Below are positions 1-13,625 of a stretch of DNA of 64,000 nt, one piece after another. Location: NCBI GenBank assembly GCA_964016885.1, contig OZ024742.1:266600001-266664000 (forward strand), read 5' to 3'. The DNA comes from Eledone cirrhosa. Taxonomy: Eukaryota. Each line of letters opens with the position of its first letter. Position 1 is the first letter of the stretch. Under the pieces are notes generated by a model. That model saw only the letters and a list, made by a program, of their open reading frames with translations, was not told where the DNA came from and did no database searches. The position numbers and the translations under genes are program-made.

Positions 1-129
1 CTTTTATTGTTAACTGTATATAAGTGCACATACATTGTTATCTGAAAAGGACACCTAAAAAGATTGGGGCCTTGAGCCCAAAATTTAAACTTTTATAATT
101 ATCAAACAAAAATTTTTCTTTGAAAAATC

Positions 130-2070
130 ATGGACGACTCAGAGTCACACCTTCCTCACAAACTAACACCTCACACCGACACCACCATTGTAAATATTAC
201 TACGTTTGCCAACACTAAAAATATAAGCAGTAGCAATATTTTAAATTTGTCTCAGGCAGACATTCATTTCCCGCCATTACCAATGACTGCAGGTGTTAAA
301 GCCGCCACCCCCACCACCACCACAGCGACAACAGAAACAAAAGAAAAAAGAAATTAACTCGTGATATCGAAATGAATTCAACCAAAATGAACTCTTCCAC
401 ACCGAACACCACTGAGGCCACCACCACCATAACTGAAACTAAAATTAACAATAACAAAAACAACGATAACAACAACAGCAACAATGAAATTAAGAAAACT
501 ACCCTGTCTTTTGCGAGAGTAGCAAAAAAGTGCGAAGCATTCCAGGTAACTCAGGAGGAATTAGAAGAAGCCAAAAAAATGGTAAAGAAAGATGGGTACA
601 GGGTCAGCCTCACCCCACCACATAATAAAATGGAGCATCGGCGCCCATGCACCGTGTCTTATCGGACGATTAACATAAAATCGCGCCCAGTGGAGCGGGC
701 ATCCGAGTCCCAAATCCAAAAAGCTTTGGGACATGTGTGGGCAAAAAAAACCCACATCAGAGTTGGGCAGAAATATGGAACCGTTGACGTGTACTTTGAA
801 ACACCACAGGAGGCCAGAGAACACTCCATAGCCCCATTAAGAAGTGACGACTTCACACTCGTCCCAAGCTATTGTGGCCAGAGACTCGCGAAGATCAGGA
901 TGACCCACGTTCCACTGGCCATCGGAATGGCTAATGGCTAATGGCTAATGGCTAATGGCTGCCGTCCTCGCCGGCATCGAAGCCAACACCAAGATAATCG
1001 AAATAGCGAAAGAAAAGCAGGAGAACTGGTCCGGATCTGGGATGGAGCTCCTGATCCAAGCGGACCAAAAAAGCATTGAGGAGATCCCAGAGGTAATAGA
1101 CCTCACTGACGGCAGCCACCTCACGGTAATCGTCGAGGGCAGAAGGCCTAGGTGTGTCGTTTGTGGTGAAGGAACCCTTCTAAGGGCTTTCTGCCCTCAG
1201 GCTAAAAGGTTGAGGCCACCTCTCCAACCCACCCCAGTGACTCAACCATCAACACCACCAGCAGCAGAGATGGCAGCAACAACTGTAGCAGCAACAATAG
1301 AAGCAACTGTAACAGCAACAACCCCAGCAACAGTATCAAAACCAACACCACCACCACCCAACGCGCCAGAACTAGCACCAGCGCCTACACCATCCACCAC
1401 GCCACAACAAAAACCAACGCCTGTGGAGGATTTTCCACTCCCCGACCTATTGCAACTGGAGACAGATTGTGACGACGAGGAGTGGGAAACGGTATCAGAA
1501 AAAAAGAAAAAGAAACCCCAAAAGAAAAAAAATCCCCTTCCTTCCCCCTTCAAAAACAAAATACAGAGGGAAACAAATAAACTATTAAACAAAAAAGTTA
1601 GGACAGATATGCCACCATCCACACCAGCATCACCAACCCCATCACCACAAACACCAACACCATCACCATCATTAACCCCAACACCACCATCACCAACACC
1701 ACAAAAGTCACCAAAAAGCGAAACAGAACCAAACCCACAACAAACGCAAACAAAACAAAACAACCAAAACGATACACACTACACAGCAATAAATTTGAAC
1801 AACAATCAATTATTACACTACATCCAACACAACAGCAGCATCACAGAAAAAGACTACACAACAACCCAAAAGTTCACACCACCTCCACACATACAAATCA
1901 CTCGCATCACACAGAAAACGTACACGACACTAAAACAAAAATTCCCCAAAGACATCGGAGACTTCCGACAAGCACTCCCCAGGAGGATTTATAAGGACAT
2001 CCTTCCGGAGGAGGCCAGAAGCAGTGAAAAGGATGGAGAAACCATTCTTCCTCTACGAGAAATAAGGTAA
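130..2070 (+). pseudogene. LINE ORF1 (gag-like, zinc knuckle, Pro/Thr-rich), disrupted
   Basis: ORF pieces 130-357, 372-941 and 955-2070. Five tandem AATGGCT units at 926-960 lie at one break. Homologous to 9000-10510. Confidence 0.8.
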
Positions 2071-2104
2071 GTGGTCTTTCCCATCTTTTACACTCCATTT
2101 CAAC

Positions 2105-5100
2105 ATGACCTCACTCAGAATAAGCAGCATAAATGCGCGTGGCATGGGGTCGTCACGGAAGCAGGGCCACCTGCTCAACGACCTCAGGTCACTAAACATA
2201 GATGTAGTGGCCATCAGCGAGACCAGAATCTCCGAAGCACGGGCCTTCGCGCCGATCTTCGGCGGCTACGATGTTTACGCATCTCCCAGCCGTCCTGGAT
2301 CGGGGGTGGAGTTGCTGTGCTTTTTCGGAGAGGTTTGGATCTCACCATACGGGCCATCTTCCTGGACCCACAGGGTAAGTTGGTGGTGCTGGACGTGACC
2401 AGCGGAGACGAGCAAGCTCTCAGGCTAGTGGCCGTCTATGCGCCGACAGGAGCAGGGCGGCCTGATTTCTTCCGGCGTCTGGAGACCTTTCTTGGAACGT
2501 CCCGCTCTTTAGTGTTAGTGGGCGACTGGAACGGGATCTTAGATGAATGTTGGGACTGTGTGGGATTAGCGGATAGGGGAGGAGGGTGCAAGAACCTAAC
2601 CAAATAGATAGGTCTAGCATAGCATGTCCACACTTCAAGATAGTCAGCTACACGGGACACAAATTCGTGCTCTGTGTGCTTGACTTAGATAGGCTTCATA
2701 GACGAGGACCCGTCTACTGGAAGCTAAACGCGTCCTTACCAGCGCGCAAGGCCTACAGAGACCGGATTAGCGAACTAGTTAAGCGGGCGTTGACGGGGGC
2801 CATCGTCAACAACAAGTGGTGGTTTGCTCTGAAAACAGCGATTAGAATAGAGTCCATTAGGTTTAGTAAGGCTTTAGCAATAGAGAAAAATAGAGCAGAG
2901 GAAGAACTGGTGAGAAAATTAGACGAGGCGCTTAGCAAAGGCATCGCGACCGACGTACTTGCTGCGAAATTGGCCCTTGACCAATTCTTCAATACAAAGC
3001 ACGAAGGCTGCGTTGTCAGAGCTAGGGTGCGTGCTCTCAGACCGAGGGGACGAAAGCCGTTCAATGGGCCCGAGTGGCGGAGGCGCGTCGTGCCAACAAA
3101 GCCACGATCCGGTCTTTGGTGGACCACGACGGGCGCATGCTACTCGATCCCGGGCAAATGTGTGAAGCTTTTCAGCGACACTTCGCACAGCTGTTCGGGG
3201 GCAGCGGTGGGCCGGATCGAGGGATGGACTTTAGTGTCTACCTCGACGGACTGCTGCGGCTCTCGGCCACTGAGGCGGAGTGTTGCGAAAAGCCGATAAC
3301 AGCAGCTGAAGTACGGAAGGCAATGACTGCACAAGGGGTAAATCGCCTGGTTTGGATGCTCTCCCCTATGAACTTTACGTACAGATGCCAGACCTGTTCG
3401 GAGGCCTCTTGGCGGACGTCTACTGCAACTGGCAACAGAACGGGAGAATTCCCAGCTCTGTGAGCCGAGGAGCTGTGGTGCTGCTGAGTAGGGATCCGAA
3501 CAAGGGGGATAACATAGATAATTTCAGGCCGATAATTCTGCTAAACACAGAGTTCAAGATTTTGGCCAAGGTGCTAGCAAAGAAGTTGGCGCTTGTCGTT
3601 GGTGGTCTGGTGGGAGAGGCGCAGACATGTGCCATTCCCGACAGATCCATCCACGACAACCTCCACCTCATGCTATACATTGTAGAGAGGGTAGCTAGGG
3701 AACCTGGCACGGGTGGGTCCTTGATCAATTTAGATCAGTAGAAAGGTTTCGATAGGGTCGACCATCGTTACCTAGCGGCAGTCCTGAGGGCGGCTGGCTT
3801 TGGGCCCGTCTTCAGAGGCTGGATCGCTGCCATGCACAGCGAAATCTGCTCTGTGGTGAGAGTGAACGGTCACCTTTCGGAACCGTTCAACATCATGCGC
3901 TCGGTCCGCCATTGATGTCTCCTCTCGTTCCTCTTGTACATATTGACTATCGAGCCATTACTGCACAAACTGGAGACGTTGAGGGGGGTCCCGCGCGAAC
4001 TAGGATGCGGAAGATCCGTGTCAGCATGTGCGGACGATGTCACCGTAGTGGTGTCGAAAGCCAAACACATCGAGGCGATCGACACTACACTAAGAGAATA
4101 CGAAGCGGTGACAGGAGCAATGATCAACCAGGAAAAGTCAGTGGGCCTGCAGCTCGGCACCTGGAGAGGAAGGTCTATGCCGTCCAACAGCGTCATCAGA
4201 CGCTGGACGGACGGACCGGTTAAATTGCCTGGGATCTGGTTCGGTCCGGACCTCCAGACGGACAAAAACTGGGACGAGGTGACGAGCAGGGTGGCTTCTC
4301 TCACCCAGAAATGGGCCGAGAGGAAGCTATCCCTGAAAGGTCGAGCGGAGGTGGCTAACGCGTACATCGCGTCCGTCATCTACTACCGCCTGACCGTCGT
4401 ACCTTGTCCTAAGCCCCGCCTGACTGCGCTGGAGCGTTTGCTCTTTCGCTTTTTGTGGAAGGGATGCGCTCCGATGGTCAGGCGGTCCATCTGCTGTCAA
4501 CACCCGCTACGTGGAGGGCTGGACATGCCGTGGCTGATGATGCGCAGACACGCGCTCAGGCTACGACATCTCCACCTCTTTCTCGACGGTGCTCAGGTGT
4601 GGTCGCCGTTTGCTAGACGCGTCTTTTCCCAGCTCGTCTCCTTGACGGAGCTGCAGTCCTGGGTCAAGCGAAGACCGAGAGGGGCGCTTGGAGACTGGAA
4701 TGTCTTCAGGCGCTCACAGCCCTCGACCAATTGGGCAATGTGATCGGTGGAAACTCCACCTTGGCGTTCTATAGAGGATTAGTGGAGGGGAAGAGCGACG
4801 ACGTACTTGGGGAAACTCTAGGCGTCGACGAAAATCAACTAGCCAATCTCTTCGGAAGAACTTTCGGGCCGGGGCCTATGGACAACTTCCAGAAATCTCT
4901 GGCCTGGCAGTGCTACCGAGGAGCTTTGCCAGTTCGGGATAAACTCTACAGGCATGGAGGTGCCGTCAGCCGGGCATGTACGAGATGCGCACAGGGCGAC
5001 GAAACCGTCCTGCACGCACTCGTCCAGTGTCGGACTTGTGGGTTTATGTCGAACACCTGCTGGCGCGTGTAGAACGGATCCAGCTATCAGCTGAGTCCAT

Positions 5101-5383
5101 CGTGAGGATTGCCCCGCCCTCTTCCTTTAGCCGGGGAGGGCAGGCAGTTTTTATCTGTCTGGTGGCCATGGCAAAAGAGATAGTATGGTGGACACGTTTG
5201 AAAGGGCTAAAGACGAGCACTTACCTCTTCGGTGATATCCTGATTAACTTTTTCAAATATCATTTGAAAAGGAAAATCAGGGTAGGGAGGGAAGTGCTCT
5301 CTTCCCAGCTTTTTGTTGAAAGATAGGTGAGAGAAGCAAGTATGGCCCGAGTGAATGGGCCTACTCTGAGTATGTGTCTGTAA
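2105..5383 (+). pseudogene. LINE ORF2 (APE endonuclease + reverse transcriptase), frameshifted, with internal deletion
   Basis: Successive ORF pieces 2105-2398, 2071-2607, 2586-3299, 3352-3741, 3934-4743, 4731-5072 and 4976-5326 carry APE and RT motifs in shifting frames. Confidence 0.88.
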
Positions 5384-5615
5384 ATTAAAGGTGGAAAACT
5401 GGGAGAGGGCACTTGCCCTGGTGGTCAGGGTCACTGTGGCTTTTTAATGGGCTTTCTCCACGAATGTCCCTGGGGAATTTTTTCATTGTTCTATTATTAC
5501 ATCCTCTGTTTTTTGTTTTTTTTACACGCAGAAATGCCTTTTTGTACCGTCCTGTATTGTCCTGTACTGTCCTTAATGTCTACTTTGTGTAAACCCTTGT
5601 GGTTAATAAAGGAAG

Positions 5616-5617
<2 letters not shown>

Positions 5618-5652
<35 letters not shown>

Positions 5653-5676
5653 GTTGTTATTATTATAGTTATTATT
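5618..5676 (+). repeat. (TTA)n microsatellite shared as tail or target by two LINEs
   Basis: Directly visible repeat. Confidence 0.95.
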
Positions 5677-6550
5677 TTCTTGGAGTCTCAGTCATTGATG
5701 TTATTTAACTTGAAAGTTCGTTCAAATTAACATCTCAGATATTCAGGACGTATCGGAGAGTTCTTGCTGTTCACAGCAAGCATGCCTTTTGAAGTGTTCC
5801 CCCAAAAGGGGGCTGGACTAATGTTGTTTAACAATCCTTGAAAACTCTTCGAGATAGTACCTTGTGCTCCTATGACAATCGGGATGACCTTGATCTCATG
5901 GCAGTTCCAAATCCTTTTTAGCTCCTGGTATCGGCTAATTTTCTCCTTCTCGTTTTCTTGCACTCTTGTGTCAAAGGGGCAGGCTACATCTACAATCAGA
6001 CACGTTCCTTTTTTCCTTGTCCAAAACCACCAGGGCAGGCCTATTGTGTTCTAATTCCTTGTCTGTCTGTCAGTCTGGGCTAGGTGTTTACACTCGAATA
6101 CGATGTGAGCCACATTTTCCTCTCTCTCTCCATAGATCCTACACAGTGAGCTAGCCCCCTCCTTGTAATATGGTGTTTCAGCCACTTCGTACTGCGGACG
6201 TACTCTTCTGCAGCCATTAGCCTTCCTTCTGTAGCTTTTTTAAGGTCTCCTCTATAAAACCAGCTCCATGTCTGTGGATCTCTGAATTCCGTTTTCTTAA
6301 AAAATGTGATATGAAGGTTTTTTTTATGAAGGTTGCTCTTCCTCTTAGTTGTTACTTCCTCCTTGGACATCACATGGTCTATTGTCTTCTCCTTCAGTAC
6401 AACTTTGAGTACCGGCTCCTACTCTCAGACATATTTTTGCAGACTCCATCTGAACACAGTCCTCTACGCTAATAAGACCTCTTCCACCTTCAGATCTATT
6501 TAAGTAGAGTCTTACAACATAACTCCTCTTGTAGAACATTCTGTAGTAAA
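5677..6550 (-). mobile_element. R4/Dong-like (restriction-like endonuclease) LINE, 5'-truncated
   Basis: Peptides RLYLNRSEGGRGLISVED and EKEKISRYQELKRIWNCHEIKVIPIVIGA. Homologous to 26100-27157 and flanked on both sides by TTA repeats. Confidence 0.85.
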
Positions 6551-6591
6551 TTATCTTCTTCTTTTTCTTCTTCTTCTTCTTCTTCTTCTTC

Positions 6592-6623
<32 letters not shown>

Positions 6624-6882
6624 GAAGCAAATGTCACGCATAGCATCGGCTCCAGTGCTTTGCAAGGTATTTTAACCTTTTTCTACATTCTCTAGGCTTT
6701 TATTTAAATTTTAAACTTGATAAAAGTTTTGACAAGTCTGCCTGCTTTCTGCAGGTAGAATATTTTGTTTTGAAAGACACTCCCCGCGGGGGTTCTCAAT
6801 TTTGTTTCTCTCCTCTAATAAAAAGTTTATTTGATTGTATAAAACAATCATAGATGCATTGCAATACGTCTCCAAAACTGTT

Positions 6883-6886
<4 letters not shown>

Positions 6887-6965
<79 letters not shown>
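6887..6965 (+). repeat. (AG)n microsatellite
   Basis: Directly visible repeat. Confidence 0.97.
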
Positions 6966-6968
<3 letters not shown>

Positions 6969-7049
6969 GCAGGTTGAATATCTGCTGTTTACAGGCAGCC
7001 GACGTGCAAAATTACAAAACCAAAACTCGTTTTATACGGTAAAGAAAGA

Positions 7050-8999
7050 ACAAAAATCACTTTTGTCAATGGTAAAAACAACAATAGCAGTTACAACAAC
7101 AGAAACAACCACAAGAACAGTAACAACAACAACAACAATAACAACGACAGCACTAACAACAACACAACTAGGAGACAAGTGAAGAAAACAACAACAACAA
7201 ACCCAATACCAACTGCAACAAAGACAACAACAACTGCACCAAGAACAAAACCAACACCAACAACCACAGCGACAATAACAGCAAGAGTAACTTGAAAAAG
7301 AGTGAAAGCAGCAAAAACAACAACACAGTCGCAGCTACGGGTGCATATTTCAGACAAGGAGCAACAATTGGCCCAGGCGTGGTAACTAATTAAGCAAGAA
7401 AATAACTGGGCCAAGGTAACCACCCCGGACGAAGCAATGACAGCCACGCTAGTGAGGATACAAAACGATCCAGACAGAAGTTGAAGTCGCAATGAAATAC
7501 ATAAAGGATGGTATAGAGTACAAAGTAAGAGCCAGACAGTTCGGCACCATCTCGGTACTGTTCAAAACCGAGGCTCTAGCTATTAAGCACTCGGTGGCCC
7601 CTGTAGAATGAAACGCATATTAATGTACCCGTTCCACATGGGCAGAAGGACAGTAAAGGTCCACATTCTCAGGATCCCACCACGACTGAACATATTGTGG
7701 CTCCTGGAGTGTGTGGTCGAGTAGGGTACCGATGGTAACCTCATAGACGTAAGAAAAAACGTTTAGGGAGGATTGGTCCTGAATGGATTTGGAGATTCAT
7801 CTCCAAATCAAACCAGACAAACACAAAAACATACCGGACCATGTGCGCCTTCAAAACGGTTCCACCATGCAAGTGGTCACAGAAAGTAGAAGGCTTCACT
7901 GCTTCATCTGCGGCGAAGCAACACATCTGCGAGCCTTCTGCCCTCAGCTCAAAAATCCAGGGAGTCGCAAGCCTCCGTTGCTGCAAACGCCAGTGCCGGT
8001 ACGGAAAACTCCCCCAACACCAACAACGACAGCACCATTAACAGCACAGTAGAACAACCACCACTACCACCACCAACAACAACATCAAAACCAACCCGGG
8101 GGAAATAAGGAAAGCTCTCCAACTCCACCGCCCAAAACAAATAAACACACAGACAAACACAATCACCCAAACATCAGAAAACAACACTGAGTCCTCGTCT
8201 TCTAGTAGCGAAGACGGGGGACAACCAAAGAAAGCAAAAAAACAACAACAAAAAAAACAAAAAACAAAACAAAAAAAATCACAAACATCCCCCACACACA
8301 AAAAACCTGAAATGGCAAACACCACACTCATAACAAACATAGACACATCCTCAACAACTTCAACAACGACCTCATCACCACAATCCCCCAAACACAAGAA
8401 CCATATCAAATAAGAACAAAATATGACACATAACGTCGTGCTAGACACATAACGTCCTGATAGCACGAAGGCAAGAAATAGAAAAGGAGGCGGAGATATT
8501 TGGAAAGATCACATTTCGCATGCCAGTACGAATTTCGCTCGACTCCTACAAAGAGATAAGAGAGAGCTTTCCTCGGGACGTGGGAACCCGGAATGTGAAA
8601 CCAGCATCTAGACTTTTAAAGGGGTTCCCAAAGGAAAACCCACCAACCATGGAGGTCGAACCACCTGACGTCCACAGCCTTCGAGAGGTAAGTAAACCTT
8701 TCCTCTCTGTTCTAGCCTACCAACGTGGCTATCTTAAGAGTAAGATGCTTGAATATTGATGGCTTGAAGTGGTCCTGGAAGCAGAGTCGCTTGCTGAACG
8801 ATTTCAGGGTACTAGATATGGATGTGACTGCCGTCAGCGAGACAAGCATTTCCAACATGCGCGCACTAGCCCCCATTTTCGACGACTATCAGATACTCGC
8901 ATCTCTTAGTCGGCTGGGAATGGGAGGTGGGGTGACAGTGCTGTTTAGGAAAGACCTAGATCTCAAGGTAAAGTTTATCTTCCGGGACCCCGACGGTAA
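7050..8999 (+). mobile_element. Diverged L1/Tx1-like LINE 5' part (ORF1 + APE start), 3'-truncated (copy 2)
   Basis: CFICGEATHLRAFC knuckle in ORF 7783-8052. The APE start ILRVRCLNIDG...AVSET...GGGVTVLFRK in ORF 8725 breaks at ~8999. Confidence 0.8.
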
Positions 9000-11900
9000 G
9001 AATAACAACATCAACAACATCAACGCCAGCGCAAAACCAAATGTGTCTTTGCGAAAGCGGAGAACAAGAACGAAACGATTGAGGTAATCCAGGAACAACT
9101 GAATGAGACCAGACGAAAGGTGAAGAAAAATGGCTACAGGGTCAGCCTCACTCCTCCACCAAACACCATGTAACATCGCCGGCTATGAACGGTATGATAC
9201 TGTACAATTAGCACAAAAACGCGCCGAGTGGAGCGGGCATCTTAGTCTCAGATCCAAAAAGCTTTGGGACATGTGTGGGCTCAGAAAACTCACATCATAC
9301 GTGGACGAAGATATGGGACCATGGATGTGCTCCTTGGAACCCCACAGGAAGCCAGAGAGCACTTCATGGCTCCACTAAAGAGCGACGAGCTAACGCCAGT
9401 CCCAAGTTACTGCGGAAAAAAGCTCGTGAGAGTGAGGGTAACTCAAATACCGCCGGCCATAGAAAATCCCTGGCGTCCTCGCCAACATCGAGGACGAACA
9501 AAAGTCATCGAGGTAATAAGAATAAAACAAGAGAATTGGTCCGGATCTGGAATGGAGCTCCTGATCCAAGCAGACCAGAAAAAGATCCAGGAGATTCTAG
9601 AGGTAATAGACCTCGATGACGGCAGCTATGTCACCGTAATTGTCGAGAGTAGAAGGCCAAGGTGCGTAGTTTGTGGTGAAGGAACCCATTTAAAGGCCTT
9701 CTGCCCTCAGGTGTAGGCCAAAATATTAAGGGTAACTCTCCTGCCTACACCACTGGATCAACCAGCAACTGTAGCAGGAACGGTAGCAAAACCACCACCT
9801 CTACACACCACGCTAGAAGTAGCACTAGCGTCTCTACCATCCACCATGCCACAGACAACAACAACGCCTATGAAGGTCATTCTACTCCCCGACTCTCACA
9901 ACTGGAGACGGATTGGGACGAGGTGAAGGGGTTGAAAACTGTATCTGTAAAAAAACAGAAACCAGAAAAGAAAGAACCCTCTTCCTTCGTCCTAAAAAGA
10001 AATAGAGAGCGAAACAAACAAATAAAAAGTTAAGACAGCGACACCACCACCACACACACCAACATCACCAGCCCCATCACCACAAACACTAACAAAACCA
10101 CCATCATCAACCCTAACGCCATCATCAACACCACAAAAACTACCAACAAGCGAAACAGAAACAAACTCACAAGCGCGACCACAACAAACGCAAACACAAC
10201 GAAACACACTACACATCATTAAACATGAACAATAAACAATTATTGCACTACATCTAACACCACACCAGCACAACTGAGAAAAAAACTAGACAACACCCCA
10301 AATATTCACACCACCCACACACATACAAATCACACGTATCACACAGAAAACATACACAACACTAAAATCAAAATTCTCCAAGGACATCGAAGATATACGG
10401 CAAACACTTTCCAGGAGGATATATACAGAGATCCTTCCGGAGAGGGCCACAAACAGTCAGAAGGACGGGACAAAACCATCTTTCCCCCTCCACAAGAACT
10501 GAGGTAAGTAGTCTTTCCCACCTTTTCCCATTCATTTTCAACATCACCTTACTCAGAATAGGCAGCATAAATGCACGTAGCCTGGGGTCGTCATGGAAGC
10601 AGGGTTACCTGCTCAACGACCTCAAGTCTATGAACATAAATATGGTGGCTATCAGCAAGACCAGAATTTCCGAGGCACATGCCTTTGCACCCATCTTCGG
10701 CGGTCACGATGTGTACGCATCTCCAAGCCGGCCGGGTTCGGGAGGCGGCGTCGCTGTGTTGTTTCGGAGAGATGCTGAGGGCAGTCGTCAACAACAAATG
10801 GTGGTTCGCCCTGAAAAGGGCGATTAGAATAGAATCCGTTATGTTTAGTAAGGCGTTAGCAATAGAGAAAAATAGAACAGAGGGAGAACTAGTTAAAAAT
10901 TTAGACAAGGCGCTTATTAAAGGCATCGCGACCGACGTGCTTGCGGCGAAATTGGCCCTCAACCAATTCTTCAACGTAAAGCACGAAGGCAGTGTTGTCA
11001 GAGCTAGGGCGCATGCTCCCTGACACGAAGAGACGAAAGCCGTTCGATGGCCTGAGTGGGCAGAGGTGCCTCGTGGCAACAAATCTACGATCCGGTCTTT
11101 GGAGGATCACGATGGACGCATGTTACTCGAACCCAGACAAATGTGTGTGGCTTTCCAGCGACACTTCGCTGAGATGTTCGAGGGCAGCGGCCGGCCGGAT
11201 CGCGGGATGGACTTTAGTGCCTACCTCGAGGGACTACGATGGCTCTCGTCCACTGAGGCGGAGTGTTGCGAAAAGCCGATAACAGCCGCTGAAGTACGGG
11301 CGGCAATGACTAGCTGCACGAGGGGTAAATCGCCTGGTTTCGATGGTCTGCCCTACGAGCTTAACCTACACATGCCAGTGCAACTCGCAACAGAACGGGA
11401 AGAATTCCCAGCTCTATGAGCTGAGGAGCGGTAATGCTGCTGAGAAAGGACCTGAACAGGGCGATAACACATTTTTCCTGGCCCATCACTCAGCTACACA
11501 CAGAGTTCAAGATTTTGGCCAAGGTACTAGCAAAGAGGTTGACGTTTGTCGTCGGTTGTCTGATGGCAGAGGCGCAGACATTGGCCATTCAAGACAGATC
11601 CAACCACGTCAACCTCCATCTCATGCGATACATCGTGACACGGGTGGGTCCTTGATCAATTTAGATCAGTCGAAAGCTTTGGATAGCGTCGACCATCGTT
11701 ATCTGGCGGTGGTCCTGAGGGCGACCGGCTTTGAGCCAGTCTTCAGAGGCTGGATCACTGCCATGCACAGCGACATCTGTTATGTAGTGAGAGAGACCGG
11801 TCACCTTTCGGAACCGTTTAGCACCATGCGCTCGGTCCGTCAAGGATGTCCCTTCTCGTGCCTGTTGTATGTATTGAAGCTCGAGCCATTACTGCACAAA

Positions 11901-13440
11901 CTGGAGAGGTTGAGGGGCGTCCTGCCCGAACTGGGATGCTGGAGAACCTTGTCAGCATATGCCGACGCCGTCACCGTAGTGGTGTCGAACGCCAAACACA
12001 TCGAGGCAATCGGCTCTTAAGAGACGGGAACAATGATCAACCAGGAAATGTCTATGGGCCTGCGGCTCGGACCTGGAGAGGCAGGTCCATGCTGCCCAAC
12101 AGCGTCACCGGGCGCTGAACGGACGGACCGGTTAAATTTCTTGGTGTCTGTTTCGGTCCGGACCTCCAGACGGACAAAAACTGGGACGAGGTGACGAGCA
12201 GTGTAGCCTCTCTCACCCAGAAATAGGCCGAGAGGAAGATATCCATGAACATTGAGCGGAGGTGGCGAATGCGTACATTGCGTATGTAAATTCTACCACC
12301 TGACCGTCATGCCTTGTCCTAAGCCTCGCCTGACTGTGCTGGAACGTTTGCTCTTTCTCTTTTTGTGAAAGGGACGCGGTCAGGCGGTCCACCTGCTGTC
12401 AACACCAGCTACGCGGAGGGCTGGAAATGCCATGGCTGATGATGCACAGACTACGGCATCTCCACTTCTTTCTCGACGGTGATTAGGTGTGGTCGCAGTT
12501 TGCTAGACAAGTATTTCCCCAGCTCGTTTCCTTGACGGATCTGCAGTCCTGGTTCAAGCGAAGACCGAGAGGGAGACTGGAATATCTTCAGGCACTCACA
12601 GCCCTCGACCAGTCGGGCGATGCGATCGGTGGAAACTCCACCTTGGCGTTCTATAGAGGGTTAGTGGAGGGAAAGAGCGACAACGTCATTGGGGAGAATC
12701 TGGGCGTCGACGAAAATCAACCAGCCAATCTCTTCGGGAGAACTTTCGAGCCGGTGCGGACAACTTCTAGAAATCCCTGCCTGGCAGTACTATCGAGGAG
12801 CTTTGCCAGTTCGGAATAAAATCTACAGGCATGGAAGTGCAGTCAGCCGTGCCTGTTCGAGATGCGCGCAGGGCAACGAAACCGTACTGCACGCACCTGT
12901 CCAGTGTCCGAGCATCGCTGACTTGTAGGTTTATGTCGAACACTTGCTGTCGCGTGTAAGACGGACCTGGCTATCGGCTGAATCCATCATGAAGATTGCC
13001 CCGCAACCCTACTTTAACCAGGTGACTCCCTCATTTAACCTTTTCAGGTTTCACCTGAAAAGGAAATTCAGGGTGGAGAGAGAAGTGCTGCCTTCCAGCC
13101 AGTTTGTTGAAACGTGGATGAGAGAGGCAAGAATGGCCCGAGTGAGTGGGCCTGTTCTGAGCGTGTGCCTATAGTATCGTAGGAGTAAAACTGCAAGATG
13201 GCATTTGCCCTAGCGGTCAGGGTGACCGTGACTTATTTTGTGGGCTTTCTCCACTAGTGACTTTCGGAAGTCTCCCCACCTATTGGGTAATTTTTCCTTG
13301 TTTCTTTTTTTTTTGATACATATAATTTTGTTTTTGTTTTATTTTACATTCAGAAACACCCATTTCTACCGTCCTGTATTGTCCTGTGCTGTCTCTAATG
13401 TTATACTTTATGTCAACCCTTGTGGTTAATAAAGAAAGCG
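9000..13440 (+). mobile_element. L1/Tx1-like LINE, decayed (copy 3, close relative of copy 1)
   Basis: CVVCGEGTHLKAFC, SVRQGCPFS and SAYADAVT motifs, with a large deletion at ~10772. The 3' UTR is similar to copy 1, with AATAAA at 13428-13433. Confidence 0.88.
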
Positions 13441-13441
13441 T

Positions 13442-13625
13442 TTGGCAGTATAAGTAGAGAGTCGGACGCCATGATTTCCAGCATAGTTACGTCCCTTTAC
13501 GATCTGAGTTCAAATCCCGCCGAGGTTAACTTTGCCTTGTATCCTTACGGAGCCGATAAAATGAAGTACCAGTAATGTACTGGGTAATTGCTGGCCTTCT
13601 GCCAAATGTAGAAACAATTATTACT
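13442..13625 (+). mobile_element. tRNA-derived SINE, family A (~180 bp)
   Basis: B-box GAGTTCAAATCC. The same sequence recurs at least six more times in the window. Confidence 0.8.

Larger units (their letters stand above)
130..5617 (+). mobile_element. L1/Tx1-like LINE, near full length, decayed (copy 1)
   Basis: ORF1 remnants with a zinc-knuckle-like RPRCVVCGEGTLLRAFC, then ORF2 with an APE start (LRISSINARG, LVLVGDWN), RT motifs (FRPIILLNTEFKILAK, SACADDVT) and a C-terminal Cys motif (RACTRC). AATAAA at 5605-5610 and a (TTA)n tail follow. Confidence 0.9.

Noticed and set aside
1242-1763. Gly/Val-rich minus-strand ORFs (also 7091-7492, 8038-8466, 9992-10273)
   Set aside because: They are antisense shadows of the A/C-rich low-complexity LINE ORF1.
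13490-13530. tRNA genes at B-box motifs (GAGTTCAAATCC)
   Set aside because: No cloverleaf can be drawn. The motifs are the heads of multi-copy SINEs.
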